From the NCBI GenBank assembly GCA_009787385.1, contig WRGC01000006.1, positions 2,657 through 66,656 of the forward strand: a DNA stretch of 64,000 nt, given 5' to 3'. Below are positions 1 through 8,900 of this stretch, piece after piece. A model generated the notes under the pieces. It was not told where the DNA came from. It worked only from the letters and a program-made list of their open reading frames with translations, and did not search any database. The stretch comes from Bacillota bacterium (GTDB taxonomy: Bacteria; Bacillota; Clostridia; Christensenellales; Pumilibacteraceae). The translations under genes and the position numbers were made by a program. Numbering within the stretch: the first letter of the stretch is position 1; each line of letters opens with the position of its first letter.

Positions 1-120
1 GATAGAGAAGAGATTACTACTCTTACGACATTAGCGGGTGTAATAATAGTGTTGTTGATGGTATTAGATATGATATCTCAGTTATTTAGTACTTTGCGTA
101 ATATGTTTGGATTGTTTTAG
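1..120 (+). CDS. spoIIIAC: Stage III sporulation protein AC, C-terminal fragment (runs off the 5' edge)
   Basis: Open frame 1 ends at TAG 118-120. It encodes a hydrophobic tail ...TLAGVIIVLLMVLDMISQLFSTLRNMFGLF and sits immediately upstream of spoIIIAD-AH in the conserved operon order. Confidence 0.6.
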   Translation, partial: DREEITTLTTLAGVIIVLLMVLDMISQLFSTLRNMFGLF

Positions 121-159
121 TTGTAAGACAATATATAAATTTTGGTGACGAGAATCCCT

Positions 160-543
160 ATGGAAATAATAAAAATATGTATTATAGGTGTAGTTACCGC
201 CTTTTGTGTGCTTGTATTGAAAGATGTGAGAAGTGATGTGGCAACACTATTGAGTATTGTAGGCGGATTGCTTATTATGCTTATTGTGGTTGATATGCTC
301 ACAGGTATAGTTACTATTTTTACAGCTATTGCAAATGAAGCAGGTTTGGGGGGAGAATTTCTTTCAATTATCATAAAGATAGTTGGCTTGGGGTTTGTTA
401 TAGATTTTTGTGCAGGAATATGTGAGGATACGGGCAACAAGAATTTGAGTGAAAAAGTGATTTTGGGAGGCAAGATAGCTATTATGTTTGTGTCATTGCC
501 AATAGTATCATCTTTGTTTCACTTGATTGTAGATTTATTGTAA
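160..543 (+). CDS. spoIIIAD: Stage III sporulation protein AD (small polytopic membrane protein)
   Basis: 127 aa counted from ATG 160; the ORF track starts at TTG 142. The pattern MEIIKICIIGVV...IIKIVGLGFVIDFCAGICEDTG...KVILGGKIAIMFVSLPIV matches the SpoIIIAD layout, and the operon context agrees. Confidence 0.8.
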   Translation: MEIIKICIIGVVTAFCVLVLKDVRSDVATLLSIVGGLLIMLIVVDMLTGIVTIFTAIANEAGLGGEFLSIIIKIVGLGFVIDFCAGICEDTGNKNLSEKVILGGKIAIMFVSLPIVSSLFHLIVDLL

Positions 544-587
544 ATAGGTGTAGTCTACAATTTATTAAAATAATATTGTGAGATAAG

Positions 588-1916
588 ATGTTTAAAAGAA
601 AGTCAAAAACTCAAAAGCCTATCAAGCTACACACATTTAAGTCATATTATTTGGATAAACACAATTTAGTGTTGTTGTACAAAAAAGGGCGTGGTGTCAA
701 TGTAGAGTATGCTAGGTTTAAATTTGTTTTGTTTTTGGCTATTGGGTTTTTTGTTGTTGCAATATTATTGAGTACTATGGCTACAACAGGACATGCTGCG
801 GACAATGATTTGCCTTTGAATATAGGTGATGATATGTCGCAGAGTGTAGATGATTTGCTAAATGGATTGGACTTATCTCATTTAGAAGATATACTCAAAC
901 AGATGACTGAGCAACAGAGAAATTTGTTTGGAGGCAGTAGTTTTTTAGAACGCATAAGAGCTACTATCAATGGCAGTATTGGTATAGATTTTGGTAGTTT
1001 TGTAGATTTTATATTTTATTTGTTGGGTGTGAGTGTAGTAGGATTTTTGCCACTTTTGGCAATGATGATTGCAATATCTCTCACATACAATATTATGTCA
1101 CAGATAAAGGGAAAGTTTGCAAGTGAGAGTACGGATAGAATAATTTACTTTGCATGTGTAAGTGCTATTACTGTACTGTTGCTGACAACTACGGGCATGA
1201 TGATAGTAGAAGTTTCTCAAACTATTGGGACTGTTAGAAGTCTTGCAACATCTGTGTTTCCTATATTATTGACTGTGATGACTGGAATAGGTGCAACTAG
1301 TAGTGCTGCTGTGTATCAACCATCAGTAGCAATATTTAGTGTTACGCTTATAGAGCTGGTAACATTAGTTGCTGTACCTGTATTCATAATGTCATTTGTC
1401 TTCAATATAGTTGGCAATTTAAGTCCAAATATCAAGTTAGATCATCTTGGCAAGTTTTTTAATAGTGGTGCAAATTGGTTGATGGGGACTATGTTCTTTT
1501 TATTCTTAGCATTTTTGTCATTGCAAGGAGTTACGGCTTCTGTATTTGATGGGATATCTATTCGTACAGCCAAATTCGCAATATCTAGATATATTCCTAT
1601 TATTGGGGGTTATTTGTCTGAGGGGTTTAATCTAGTCATGGCGGGCGGTGTACTTATCAAAAATGCTGTAGGACTCTCTACGATTATTCTTTTGTTTGCA
1701 AGTGTATTGCCTCTAATAATCAATCTTGTGGCTTTTAGTCTAATACTTAAGTTTGGAGCGGCAATAATACAACCTATGGGGGATAGCAATATACCCAATA
1801 TATTGTCAGGTGTTGGCAAGCAAGTGAGTATAATGGCGGTAGTTGTTGTAGCATTGTTGTTTTTATTTTTTATATTTTTGTTGTTGATAATTAGCACAGG
1901 CAATCTTATGATATAG
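588..1916 (+). CDS. spoIIIAE: Stage III sporulation protein AE (polytopic membrane protein)
   Basis: 442-aa ORF with an N-terminal signal-like segment, a soluble region, then about 7 TM helices. It follows spoIIIAD. The start codon is uncertain. Confidence 0.8.
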   Translation: MFKRKSKTQKPIKLHTFKSYYLDKHNLVLLYKKGRGVNVEYARFKFVLFLAIGFFVVAILLSTMATTGHAADNDLPLNIGDDMSQSVDDLLNGLDLSHLEDILKQMTEQQRNLFGGSSFLERIRATINGSIGIDFGSFVDFIFYLLGVSVVGFLPLLAMMIAISLTYNIMSQIKGKFASESTDRIIYFACVSAITVLLLTTTGMMIVEVSQTIGTVRSLATSVFPILLTVMTGIGATSSAAVYQPSVAIFSVTLIELVTLVAVPVFIMSFVFNIVGNLSPNIKLDHLGKFFNSGANWLMGTMFFLFLAFLSLQGVTASVFDGISIRTAKFAISRYIPIIGGYLSEGFNLVMAGGVLIKNAVGLSTIILLFASVLPLIINLVAFSLILKFGAAIIQPMGDSNIPNILSGVGKQVSIMAVVVVALLFLFFIFLLLIISTGNLMI

Positions 1917-2045
1917 TATAATACTGTATTGTATGTAAGACATAATTAGATTTTGTTATTGATTGAGTTTATGTATACACATGGTTAAAAAAGTTAAATA
2001 TTAAATTTATTTATTATATTTAACTAAATTTTGAAAGGAAGATTT

Positions 2046-2537
2046 ATGCAGGGTTTGTCACTATGGATATCAAGTATATTGGCTGTTGCAATTATTGGTG
2101 TTATAGCAGACCTCATATTGTCGGGCAATAGAATGCACAAGTTTGTGCGTGGTATATTTGGAGTCGTAATGTTGTTTGTGATTTCTGCACCATTACCTAG
2201 TCTTATTTGCAGTGGATTTAAGTGGGATTTTGATTGGGGTGGAAGTGTAGAGATAGATCAAGGGTGGTTGGATCAAGTACAAAAAAAACAAATGAAAATA
2301 TTAGAAGATGGTACAGTACAATTGTTAGCACGCAATGGCATTGACAAAGCTAAAGTGACAATACAAGGTACAGTAGATAATTTGATAGTAAATATTACAC
2401 AAGTTACAGTAAATTTGTTGGATGCTGTCATAAACAACAACAATCCACATATAGATATAAAGGAAGTTGTCCTAGAAATAGTGACAAGTGGATTGAATGT
2501 TGACCAATCTATAGTTGTAATTATTTTAGGTAGTTGA
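2046..2537 (+). CDS. spoIIIAF: Stage III sporulation protein AF
   Basis: AAAGGAAG lies upstream of ATG 2046. There are two N-terminal TM helices (LWISSILAVAIIGVIADLIL, GIFGVVMLFVISAPL) followed by a soluble domain, and the gene is in operon order. Confidence 0.65.
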   Translation: MQGLSLWISSILAVAIIGVIADLILSGNRMHKFVRGIFGVVMLFVISAPLPSLICSGFKWDFDWGGSVEIDQGWLDQVQKKQMKILEDGTVQLLARNGIDKAKVTIQGTVDNLIVNITQVTVNLLDAVINNNNPHIDIKEVVLEIVTSGLNVDQSIVVIILGS

Positions 2538-2600
2538 AACTTTCGGTTGGTAGTAGCAATTGCAATTAAAAAATCATTGTAATTAAGTTTTTAAAAAAAT

Positions 2601-3143
2601 ATGAGCAATACAAATTCTACATCAAAAGTATCAAAGTCACAAAAGGAAACTGTTGTGGCAAAGTTGAAAAAAGTAAAGCATATTGAGTTTTATGTAGCGG
2701 GATTGGCTATAGCACTCATGTTGATTGTGTATTTTAGTGCTTCACTGTTTAGTGGTAGTACTAGTAGTGGAAATACCAACACTACTCCAAAACAGTCTTT
2801 TGCAGACTATCAAGACCGTATAGAACAAAATCTTAAGTCAGTAGTGGGAAGTATGAAAGGGGTAGGAAAAACCGAAGTAGCTATAGCTTGGGAAAGTAGT
2901 ATAGAGTTGGTTCTAGCATACATTACAATAAATAATGGTGGCAATCTTTCTAGTACACCACAACTTGTTACTGAAAATGGCACAACAAAACCTCTAGTAA
3001 TCAAGGAGATATATCCAGATGTAATAGGTGTAGCTCTAACTATACAGGGTGGTGATGATGCTAGAGTACGCCTAGCTGTGATTGATACTGTATGTGTACT
3101 ACTTAGCGTATCGTCATCGAAAGTCGTAGTGCAATCAATGTGA
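2601..3143 (+). CDS. spoIIIAG: Stage III sporulation protein AG
   Basis: Single TM helix. The C-terminal ring-forming-domain pattern ...IGVALTIQGGDDARVRLAVIDTVCVLLSV.SSKVVV resembles the SpoIIIAG C-terminus, and the gene is in operon order. Confidence 0.7.
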   Translation: MSNTNSTSKVSKSQKETVVAKLKKVKHIEFYVAGLAIALMLIVYFSASLFSGSTSSGNTNTTPKQSFADYQDRIEQNLKSVVGSMKGVGKTEVAIAWESSIELVLAYITINNGGNLSSTPQLVTENGTTKPLVIKEIYPDVIGVALTIQGGDDARVRLAVIDTVCVLLSVSSSKVVVQSM

Positions 3144-3288
3144 TGTATTGAAAATTACAAATACTTCATCAAATAAATACTTGCATTCTACAAAAATTTT
3201 TGTAGTTGAGTTTTTTAAATAATAGTAATAAATACAAAAGTACAAGCATATTGTAGAGAGTAAATAAAAAATTTCAAAGGAGCAACTT

Positions 3289-3771
3289 ATGTTGACAAAA
3301 AGAAAAAAGATAATAATACTCGTAGGCATGGTAGGGCTGCTTGTAGTTACAGGTTGGCTAAATATAATGCTTAATACTTGGGGCATAGGTAAAAACAATG
3401 ATGATACGCCTACAGGTGGTTCGCAACTCAATTTTTTTGAGCAGTTTAGGATAGATAGAATTGCTACTATGGATCAAACTAGAATGCATCTAGAGACTAT
3501 AGTAAACAATCCTGCTAGTACTCCTGAAGCAGTAGAAAGTGCTTTGGCTGAAATAGAAAATCTTGCCAAAGTATTTAACCAAGAAGTTGCATTAGAGACT
3601 ATAATAAAAGCTTTAGGATTTAGTGATGTTGCTGTGACCAATGCTTTGGTCAATCTTACAGTAATGGTGCAAGCCGAAGAAATATCTCAAGAACAATCTG
3701 ACAAAATATTGCACGCTGTAGTGAGTGAAACTAATAGAGATCCAATTGATGTGCGATTGTTGACAATATAA
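3289..3771 (+). CDS. spoIIIAH: Stage III sporulation protein AH (SpoIIIAH-like)
   Basis: Strong SD (AAAGGAG) and an N-terminal TM helix. Contains FFEQFRIDR....ALETIIKALGF.DVAV....LTVMV typical of SpoIIIAH, and is the last gene of the operon. Confidence 0.7.
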   Translation: MLTKRKKIIILVGMVGLLVVTGWLNIMLNTWGIGKNNDDTPTGGSQLNFFEQFRIDRIATMDQTRMHLETIVNNPASTPEAVESALAEIENLAKVFNQEVALETIIKALGFSDVAVTNALVNLTVMVQAEEISQEQSDKILHAVVSETNRDPIDVRLLTI

Positions 3772-3978
3772 TTTATAAAAACCTATACTCTAAGTTCGTT
3801 ATAATACTGTAAAATCAATATTTGAAATGTTGAAATATAAGCTAATAGTGTTGTAAATATCAACCAAATTCAGTTTAGTATTTGGGTATTATTGTAATAC
3901 TGTATTTCAACTTATTTGATTTGTAGTTAAAGTGATTGAGTTAATATAACTATAAATATCCAATTCATTGATAGCAAT

Positions 3979-4015
3979 AAAGACACTGTACAGATTTTGG
4001 CTGTATAGTGTCTTT
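3979..4015. terminator. Hairpin between convergent spoIIIAH and the DUF1294 gene (putative bidirectional terminator)
   Basis: AAAGACACTGTACAG-attttgg-CTGTATAGTGTCTTT, a 15-bp stem with one G.U pair. T-rich sequence flanks it on both strands. Confidence 0.5.
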
Positions 4016-4021
4016 TATAAA

Positions 4022-4300
4022 TTATGCAAAATATATAATAATCAAGGTAGCTAGTACTGCCTGTATAAATAGTATCATAGGGACACCTATTGTAAATTTG
4101 GCATGTTTTGTTTTGTGTCTTAGATGATGCATTGCCCACAACATGCCTATGCTACCGCCTAGGGCAGCTATTATGATTAGCGTACTCTCTTTGATACGCC
4201 AATCATGGCGTTTGGCTGCTTGTTTGTCGTGTGCCATTACGGCATATGCGACTATACTTGCAATAATGAAATAAATAATAAAAGCAATTGCGATATACAT
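4022..4300 (-). CDS. DUF1294 family small membrane protein
   Basis: 92 aa with the pattern DKQAAKRHDWRIKESTL..IAALGGSIGMLWAMHHLRHKTKHAKF characteristic of DUF1294. Confidence 0.75.
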   Translation of the reverse strand: MYIAIAFIIYFIIASIVAYAVMAHDKQAAKRHDWRIKESTLIIIAALGGSIGMLWAMHHLRHKTKHAKFTIGVPMILFIQAVLATLIIIYFA

Positions 4301-4423
4301 TGAGTTTTAGTATAGCACAACCCCGTTGATATTGTCAACAGGGTTGATTGTCTTGGGTTTTCAGCTATTATTGGTTGAATACTTAACTGAAAATTGACAA
4401 CTGACGGTAGATAGGATTAATAT

Positions 4424-4528
4424 CTACTTACCTTGTTTGTTGTCACAGTTCTTTGATTTGGTGCTGCTAGTAGTTTTGCTTTGACTAGCTTTACTGTTGT
4501 TCTTTGTGCTATTTTTTGTATTTGACAT
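4424..4528 (-). CDS. Unlisted 34-aa hydrophilic ORF (MSNTKNSTKNNSKASQSKTTSSTKSKNCDNKQGK)
   Basis: Read by eye on the minus strand. An AAGGAGAAT SD lies about 8 nt upstream of the ATG (4528-4526), with stop TAG at 4426-4424. It falls below the ORF-track length cut-off and sits directly downstream of aroF. Confidence 0.35.
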   Translation of the reverse strand: MSNTKNSTKNNSKASQSKTTSSTKSKNCDNKQGK

Positions 4529-4624
4529 AAGTGTATATTCTCCTTGTACAATTAGTATGGTACAACTATACAAATATATACTTGTGGTTGTATGTCAATA
4601 TTTGGTATGTGGGTTTATTACAAT

Positions 4625-5431
4625 TTAACTTTGACAAATATTATTGGTAGGTGCGTTAAGCTCTAGTTGCCATATTTTTTGCAATTGATTAATCAACATG
4701 CTTAGTTGCTCTATTCTTAGAGCTTGTTCTTTGTCTACTTTAGAAATTTGTGGGTTGGTGTGGCATTCTATGATTAGTCCATTTGCTCCTGCAGCTACAG
4801 CGGCCTTGGCTAGTGGAGGTACTAAGTTGGCTTGTCCAGTTGCGTGTGATGGGTCAATGTATATGGTGTATCCATTAGCTTGAATTTGAGGTATGCTAGC
4901 AATGTCTAATCTAAATCTAGTACTATTTTCAAAACTTCTTATACCTCTTTCACACATAATTATATTATTGTTGCCCATTGATTTGATATATTCGGCACTT
5001 AGCAACCACTCTTTTATAGTATTGCCAAAACCCCGTTTGAGTAGTATTGTTTTTTGTGTTTTTCCAAGTTCTTTAAGCAATTCAAAGTTTTGCATACTTC
5101 TTGCTCCTACTTGGATTATGTCAATATCATTAAACAACTCTAAGTGGTTGATTGATAAAATCTCTGTCACAATAGGCAACTTGGTTTCTTGCTTAGCTTT
5201 TAATAAATATTGCAAGCCTATAGCTCCCAATCCTGCCCAATCATATGGTGAAGTGCGAGGCTTGAATGCTCCTCCTCTCAATGCACTAGCTCCAGCTTGC
5301 TTGACTGCATGGGCAATTTCTATAATTTGTTTTTCACTTTCTACACTACATGGTCCTGCTATTATTTCTAAATTATGTGTTTGGTATGAAATAGTATTTA
5401 AATGCGTTGACTCTTCACTTTTGTTTTTCAT
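4625..5431 (-). CDS. aroF: 3-deoxy-7-phosphoheptulonate (DAHP) synthase, type I-beta core only
   Basis: [32 protein letters not shown] and IDPSHATG motifs. 268 aa with no regulatory extension. Confidence 0.85.
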   Translation of the reverse strand: MKNKSEESTHLNTISYQTHNLEIIAGPCSVESEKQIIEIAHAVKQAGASALRGGAFKPRTSPYDWAGLGAIGLQYLLKAKQETKLPIVTEILSINHLELFNDIDIIQVGARSMQNFELLKELGKTQKTILLKRGFGNTIKEWLLSAEYIKSMGNNNIIMCERGIRSFENSTRFRLDIASIPQIQANGYTIYIDPSHATGQANLVPPLAKAAVAAGANGLIIECHTNPQISKVDKEQALRIEQLSMLINQLQKIWQLELNAPTNNICQS

Positions 5432-5507
5432 TTTGATATTATATTATAATTTCAAAAAACTAGCAACTACAAATTTTGAATAATACTACAGTTAAGTTTA
5501 ATTGACT

Positions 5508-5697
5508 GAGGGTGTACAATTAGATGTTATTACCTATAGACACAACTTTCAATAAAACCAGCGTTATTCTTTTTGATGCCTAAAATAAGCAAAAAGCTCT
5601 TGGGGTTACCAATCTCTCCCAAAAAACCCGAACGCTTTAAGGTTGTTTTTATTTAACTATTACTTCTTCTATTTTAACATAATCTATTTGTACACTC
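5508..5697 (+). repeat. Intergenic TIR/hairpin element, copy 1 (degenerate core)
   Basis: GAGGGTGTACAA...GTTATTCTTTTTGATGCCTAAAATAAGCAAAAAGCTCTTGGGG...CCCGAACGCTTTAAGGTTG...TTTGTACACTC. It aligns to the other 15 copies. Confidence 0.8.
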
Positions 5698-6035
5698 CTA
5701 ATCGCATTATCACAATTTATTGTTACATAGTATTATTTATCAACAAATATTTTAAGGTAAAGAGGTTTTTGTGTTTATTAGTTAATTAAATTAAATCCCA
5801 ATAATTAACAATAAAATATATTCATATAATATTCACACTTTATTGACATTTTTATGATAGTATGCTATAATATTATATAAGGAAAATTTTTGCATATACT
5901 ATTATTTGTAGTTGTCAATTTTGGTTGGTCAACTTTTTGTTGCATGGATTTTTTGTATTAATGTTTTTGTTTTGTAATGAATGAAAAAATCACACAGAGT
6001 CAAAGATTGAAAACTGATAACTAAAAAGGACAATA

Positions 6036-7991
6036 ATGAATCAGCAAAAGATATTTAAAAAGGAAGATAATATTTCTCTTCAAGTTAGACTAAAGGAGAA
6101 AGACTATTTTGTTTTGACAATTACTATTGCATCTAAAGAGTGGATAGTAGACGAAGGGCGTGTTATACATGCTGATTTCTTGGATGTGGGTAGCACTGTA
6201 TATGTCGCTTATGTATTGTTTTTGGGACATACAAACATTATCAAGCTTGCAGAAGTGGATAAACGAGTAGGTGAAGTAAATTATGAGATGGCATTGTTTG
6301 GTATGTTTAGCAATCCGCTTTTGATGTATTTTCAGGACGAAATTTTGGTATTTGCAGAATTGTATACCGACAAATCAAAATTTGTAGGTATTCGGCAAGG
6401 TAAGTGTTTTGATTTGTCTGCAGGTGGAAACAATAGATTGACTAGTATTATAGATAATGGTGATAGTTTGATAGCTGTATTGGACTGTGACCACTTTGCC
6501 AAGCAAACTGAGCCAATTAATGGTGGTATTATGCCTTTTGATTGTACAGGATTGCGTATCAAACGCAAACCTGCACTTATGACATATCGTTTGACTAATG
6601 AAGACGAAAAGGGCAAACCCAAGATAGGTATAGAGCGAAGTGATACAGATGCCTTTCTAGAAGGTGGATCAGAGATAGTCAAGCTTGCTAGTCATAGGGG
6701 ATATATTTATGCGGCGTATATGAGATTTGAAAAGTTTAGTTATGTCATCAAGGTTACTGACTTTGCAAAAGCTCAAGTTGTAGTTGACACACATCGTATA
6801 GTTAGACACTTTGATATGCACATAGAAGGAAATGAATATGTTGTAAAATCAGTAGATGCTATTTATCGCAAGCCAATAGTGGGGGGGCTAGAATTGGATT
6901 TCTTGGTTGGTGGACCTTGTAGTCAAATACATGATTGCAAGCCTGCACCTTTAGGAATGCATAGAGATTTTTATAGTTCTCCAAAAAAGAAGCCTAAAGG
7001 ACTCAATTATTATTGGGGGGACTTGAGAGTTAGGACGGATATTTCTATTAATAGTCACAGTACAGGTTGGCACTGTGGTAGTCCTGATGACAAGTTTATG
7101 GAAGTCAAGCAACTAAATGGATTGGACTTTTGTGCATTGTCTGATATAGATACTCACATAGATGATGAGCAATGGCGTGACATAAGATTTAGAAATGAAC
7201 TATACAATATAGAACATAAGTTTGTAGTTTTCAATGCTTATGAATGGGGTTTGCCTAAAGATAGAGAGAGTGAGGGGCGATACAATGTAATATTTAGAGG
7301 TAGAGGGGATATAATGCGTGGAAATCAAGCGGGCAGTGATAGTATCAACAATCTATCTTATCGTTTGCAAAATCCAATGCGTGAGGGTTTGTTTATAGTA
7401 GCTGACCCTGTAGACAAAATGAGAGGTGTCAATTGGAATAAGTTTCCGTCGGGTGTTCCAGCTCTTACAGAAGTTTTTAATGCTAAAGGTGCGTTTGAAA
7501 CTATAGACGGATTGCACAACCCTTCTCTTTACAATCGCAAAGTTAGAGAAGATTGCTTTTTAGAACAAGTTTTGCTTAGAATACCACTAGGATTTATTGG
7601 TGGTGGTGGACATGAGGGGGTGGGATTGACTTGTATTTTGGCAAAAGAACTAACTAGAGAAAGTTTGTACGATGCTCTCAAAAATCGTAAATGCTATGCA
7701 ACAACAGGTGCAAAGATATATTTGGATATTTGTATCAATGGATCTATTATGGGTGACTTTATAGCATCTAGTAGAGAAGATTATAAGGTAGAAATAAATG
7801 TAGAATCTGAGGGGTTGTTAGAAAGTGTAGAGCTTGTGACCAATCAAGGAATAACAAGAGTTCCATTTAAAAGAACAAAAGCTCAAACTGTAGTAATGGT
7901 TCAACCACACTTCAAATATATTTATCTAAGAGTATTGCAAGATGATGCACATGCTGCTTGGTCTTCACCTATATTTGTAAAACGCCGTTAG
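6036..7991 (+). CDS. Hypothetical 651-aa protein. The C-terminal half resembles the PHP/DUF3604 metallohydrolase fold, but the His motifs are substituted.
   Basis: YYWGDLRVRTDIS, ALSDIDTH, AYEWG..GRYNVIF and RKCYATTGAKIYL...SSPIFV resemble the DUF3604 signature order (GDLHxHT, TDH, EW..GH.NV, ATTG). The N-terminal 330 aa are not recognised. Confidence 0.4.
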   Translation: MNQQKIFKKEDNISLQVRLKEKDYFVLTITIASKEWIVDEGRVIHADFLDVGSTVYVAYVLFLGHTNIIKLAEVDKRVGEVNYEMALFGMFSNPLLMYFQDEILVFAELYTDKSKFVGIRQGKCFDLSAGGNNRLTSIIDNGDSLIAVLDCDHFAKQTEPINGGIMPFDCTGLRIKRKPALMTYRLTNEDEKGKPKIGIERSDTDAFLEGGSEIVKLASHRGYIYAAYMRFEKFSYVIKVTDFAKAQVVVDTHRIVRHFDMHIEGNEYVVKSVDAIYRKPIVGGLELDFLVGGPCSQIHDCKPAPLGMHRDFYSSPKKKPKGLNYYWGDLRVRTDISINSHSTGWHCGSPDDKFMEVKQLNGLDFCALSDIDTHIDDEQWRDIRFRNELYNIEHKFVVFNAYEWGLPKDRESEGRYNVIFRGRGDIMRGNQAGSDSINNLSYRLQNPMREGLFIVADPVDKMRGVNWNKFPSGVPALTEVFNAKGAFETIDGLHNPSLYNRKVREDCFLEQVLLRIPLGFIGGGGHEGVGLTCILAKELTRESLYDALKNRKCYATTGAKIYLDICINGSIMGDFIASSREDYKVEINVESEGLLESVELVTNQGITRVPFKRTKAQTVVMVQPHFKYIYLRVLQDDAHAAWSSPIFVKRR

Positions 7992-8049
7992 TAGAATTTT
8001 GTATATTTTTGTATAAAAATCTTTTAATATATGAATTATAAATTTACAA

Positions 8050-8505
8050 ATGATAGATACAATGAAAAAGTTTATGAAACAGTCTATACATGTAGCACGC
8101 AATAGTGATGATTGTGAAGTGCCTGTTGGTGTTGTTATTGTACGAGAGAACGAAGTTTTGGTTAGTGCTTGCAATGAGCGAGAAAGCAATTTTGATCCTA
8201 CAGGGCATGCCGAAATTGTTGCATTACGCAAAGCAGGTGCTATTTTGAATAGATGGAATTTGAGTGATTGTGATTTGTATGTCACGCTAGAACCGTGTAC
8301 TATGTGTGCGGGTGCTATAGTCAATGCAAGAATTCGTAAAGTAGTATTTGGGGCATATGACGCAAGATACGGTGCAATGCAATCGGCATATTCAATTGGA
8401 ACAGATGGCAAGCTCAATCATAGAGTGCAAGTTCAAGGCGGTATATTGAGTGATGAATGCGGTCTTTTGCTCACGGAATTTTTTAAAAAAATTAGAAGAA
8501 AATAG
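8050..8505 (+). CDS. tadA: tRNA-specific adenosine deaminase
   Basis: HAEIVALRKAG and TLEPCTMCAGAI (CMP/dCMP deaminase zinc motifs H-A-E and PC..C). 151 aa. Confidence 0.9.
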   Translation: MIDTMKKFMKQSIHVARNSDDCEVPVGVVIVRENEVLVSACNERESNFDPTGHAEIVALRKAGAILNRWNLSDCDLYVTLEPCTMCAGAIVNARIRKVVFGAYDARYGAMQSAYSIGTDGKLNHRVQVQGGILSDECGLLLTEFFKKIRRK

Positions 8506-8696
8506 TTGTGGTAGAATGTATGTTAAAATTGAAAAGTGTATAATCTTATAAATTGTTGAGATTTGTTGATTTTAAATTAATTTATTAATTGATTTAAAAT
8601 ATAGACATAGTATTTAAATAAATATGTATAAAAAGATAAAATAAAAATTTGGCTATTTTATTCAATTTATTTTACATTTTTGTGGTAAAGTTATAT

Positions 8697-8737
8697 AATC
8701 AATATTGAAAAATTTGAGCAGTTTTTCAATATTGATT
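8697..8737. repeat. Perfect 16-bp inverted repeat in an AT-rich 395-bp spacer
   Basis: AATCAATATTGAAAAA-tttgagcag-TTTTTCAATATTGATT. A second palindrome, CTTTCTAATTTAGAAAG, lies about 30 nt downstream. Confidence 0.6.
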
Positions 8738-8900
8738 ATTTGATTATTGTCAAGTTAGTTGCTTTCTAATTTAGAAAGTATATATTTTTTTGTTGATGTT
8801 TTTAATATTCTCAAATTTTTATCTATATAATATAGTGTTTTTATTTAATATAAAAAACAACACTTTAAATTCATATCTATCAAATTAACTAAGGGGAAAA

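Noticed and set aside
117-473. Long antisense or shadow ORFs in the track. Examples: 117-473(-), 1610-1903(-), 4893-5483(+), 6332-6682(-), 7965-8417(-), 12531-13121(-), 25205-25621(-), 34811-35209(-), 39776-40288(-), 42459-42836(-), 49554-49892(-), 51163-51540(-), 55656-55997(+), 59548-59967(-), 62190-62621(-), 63003-63797(-).
   Set aside because: Each lies entirely opposite a gene with clear family motifs. They have low-complexity or unrecognisable translations and no SD, as expected for chance ORFs in AT-rich DNA.
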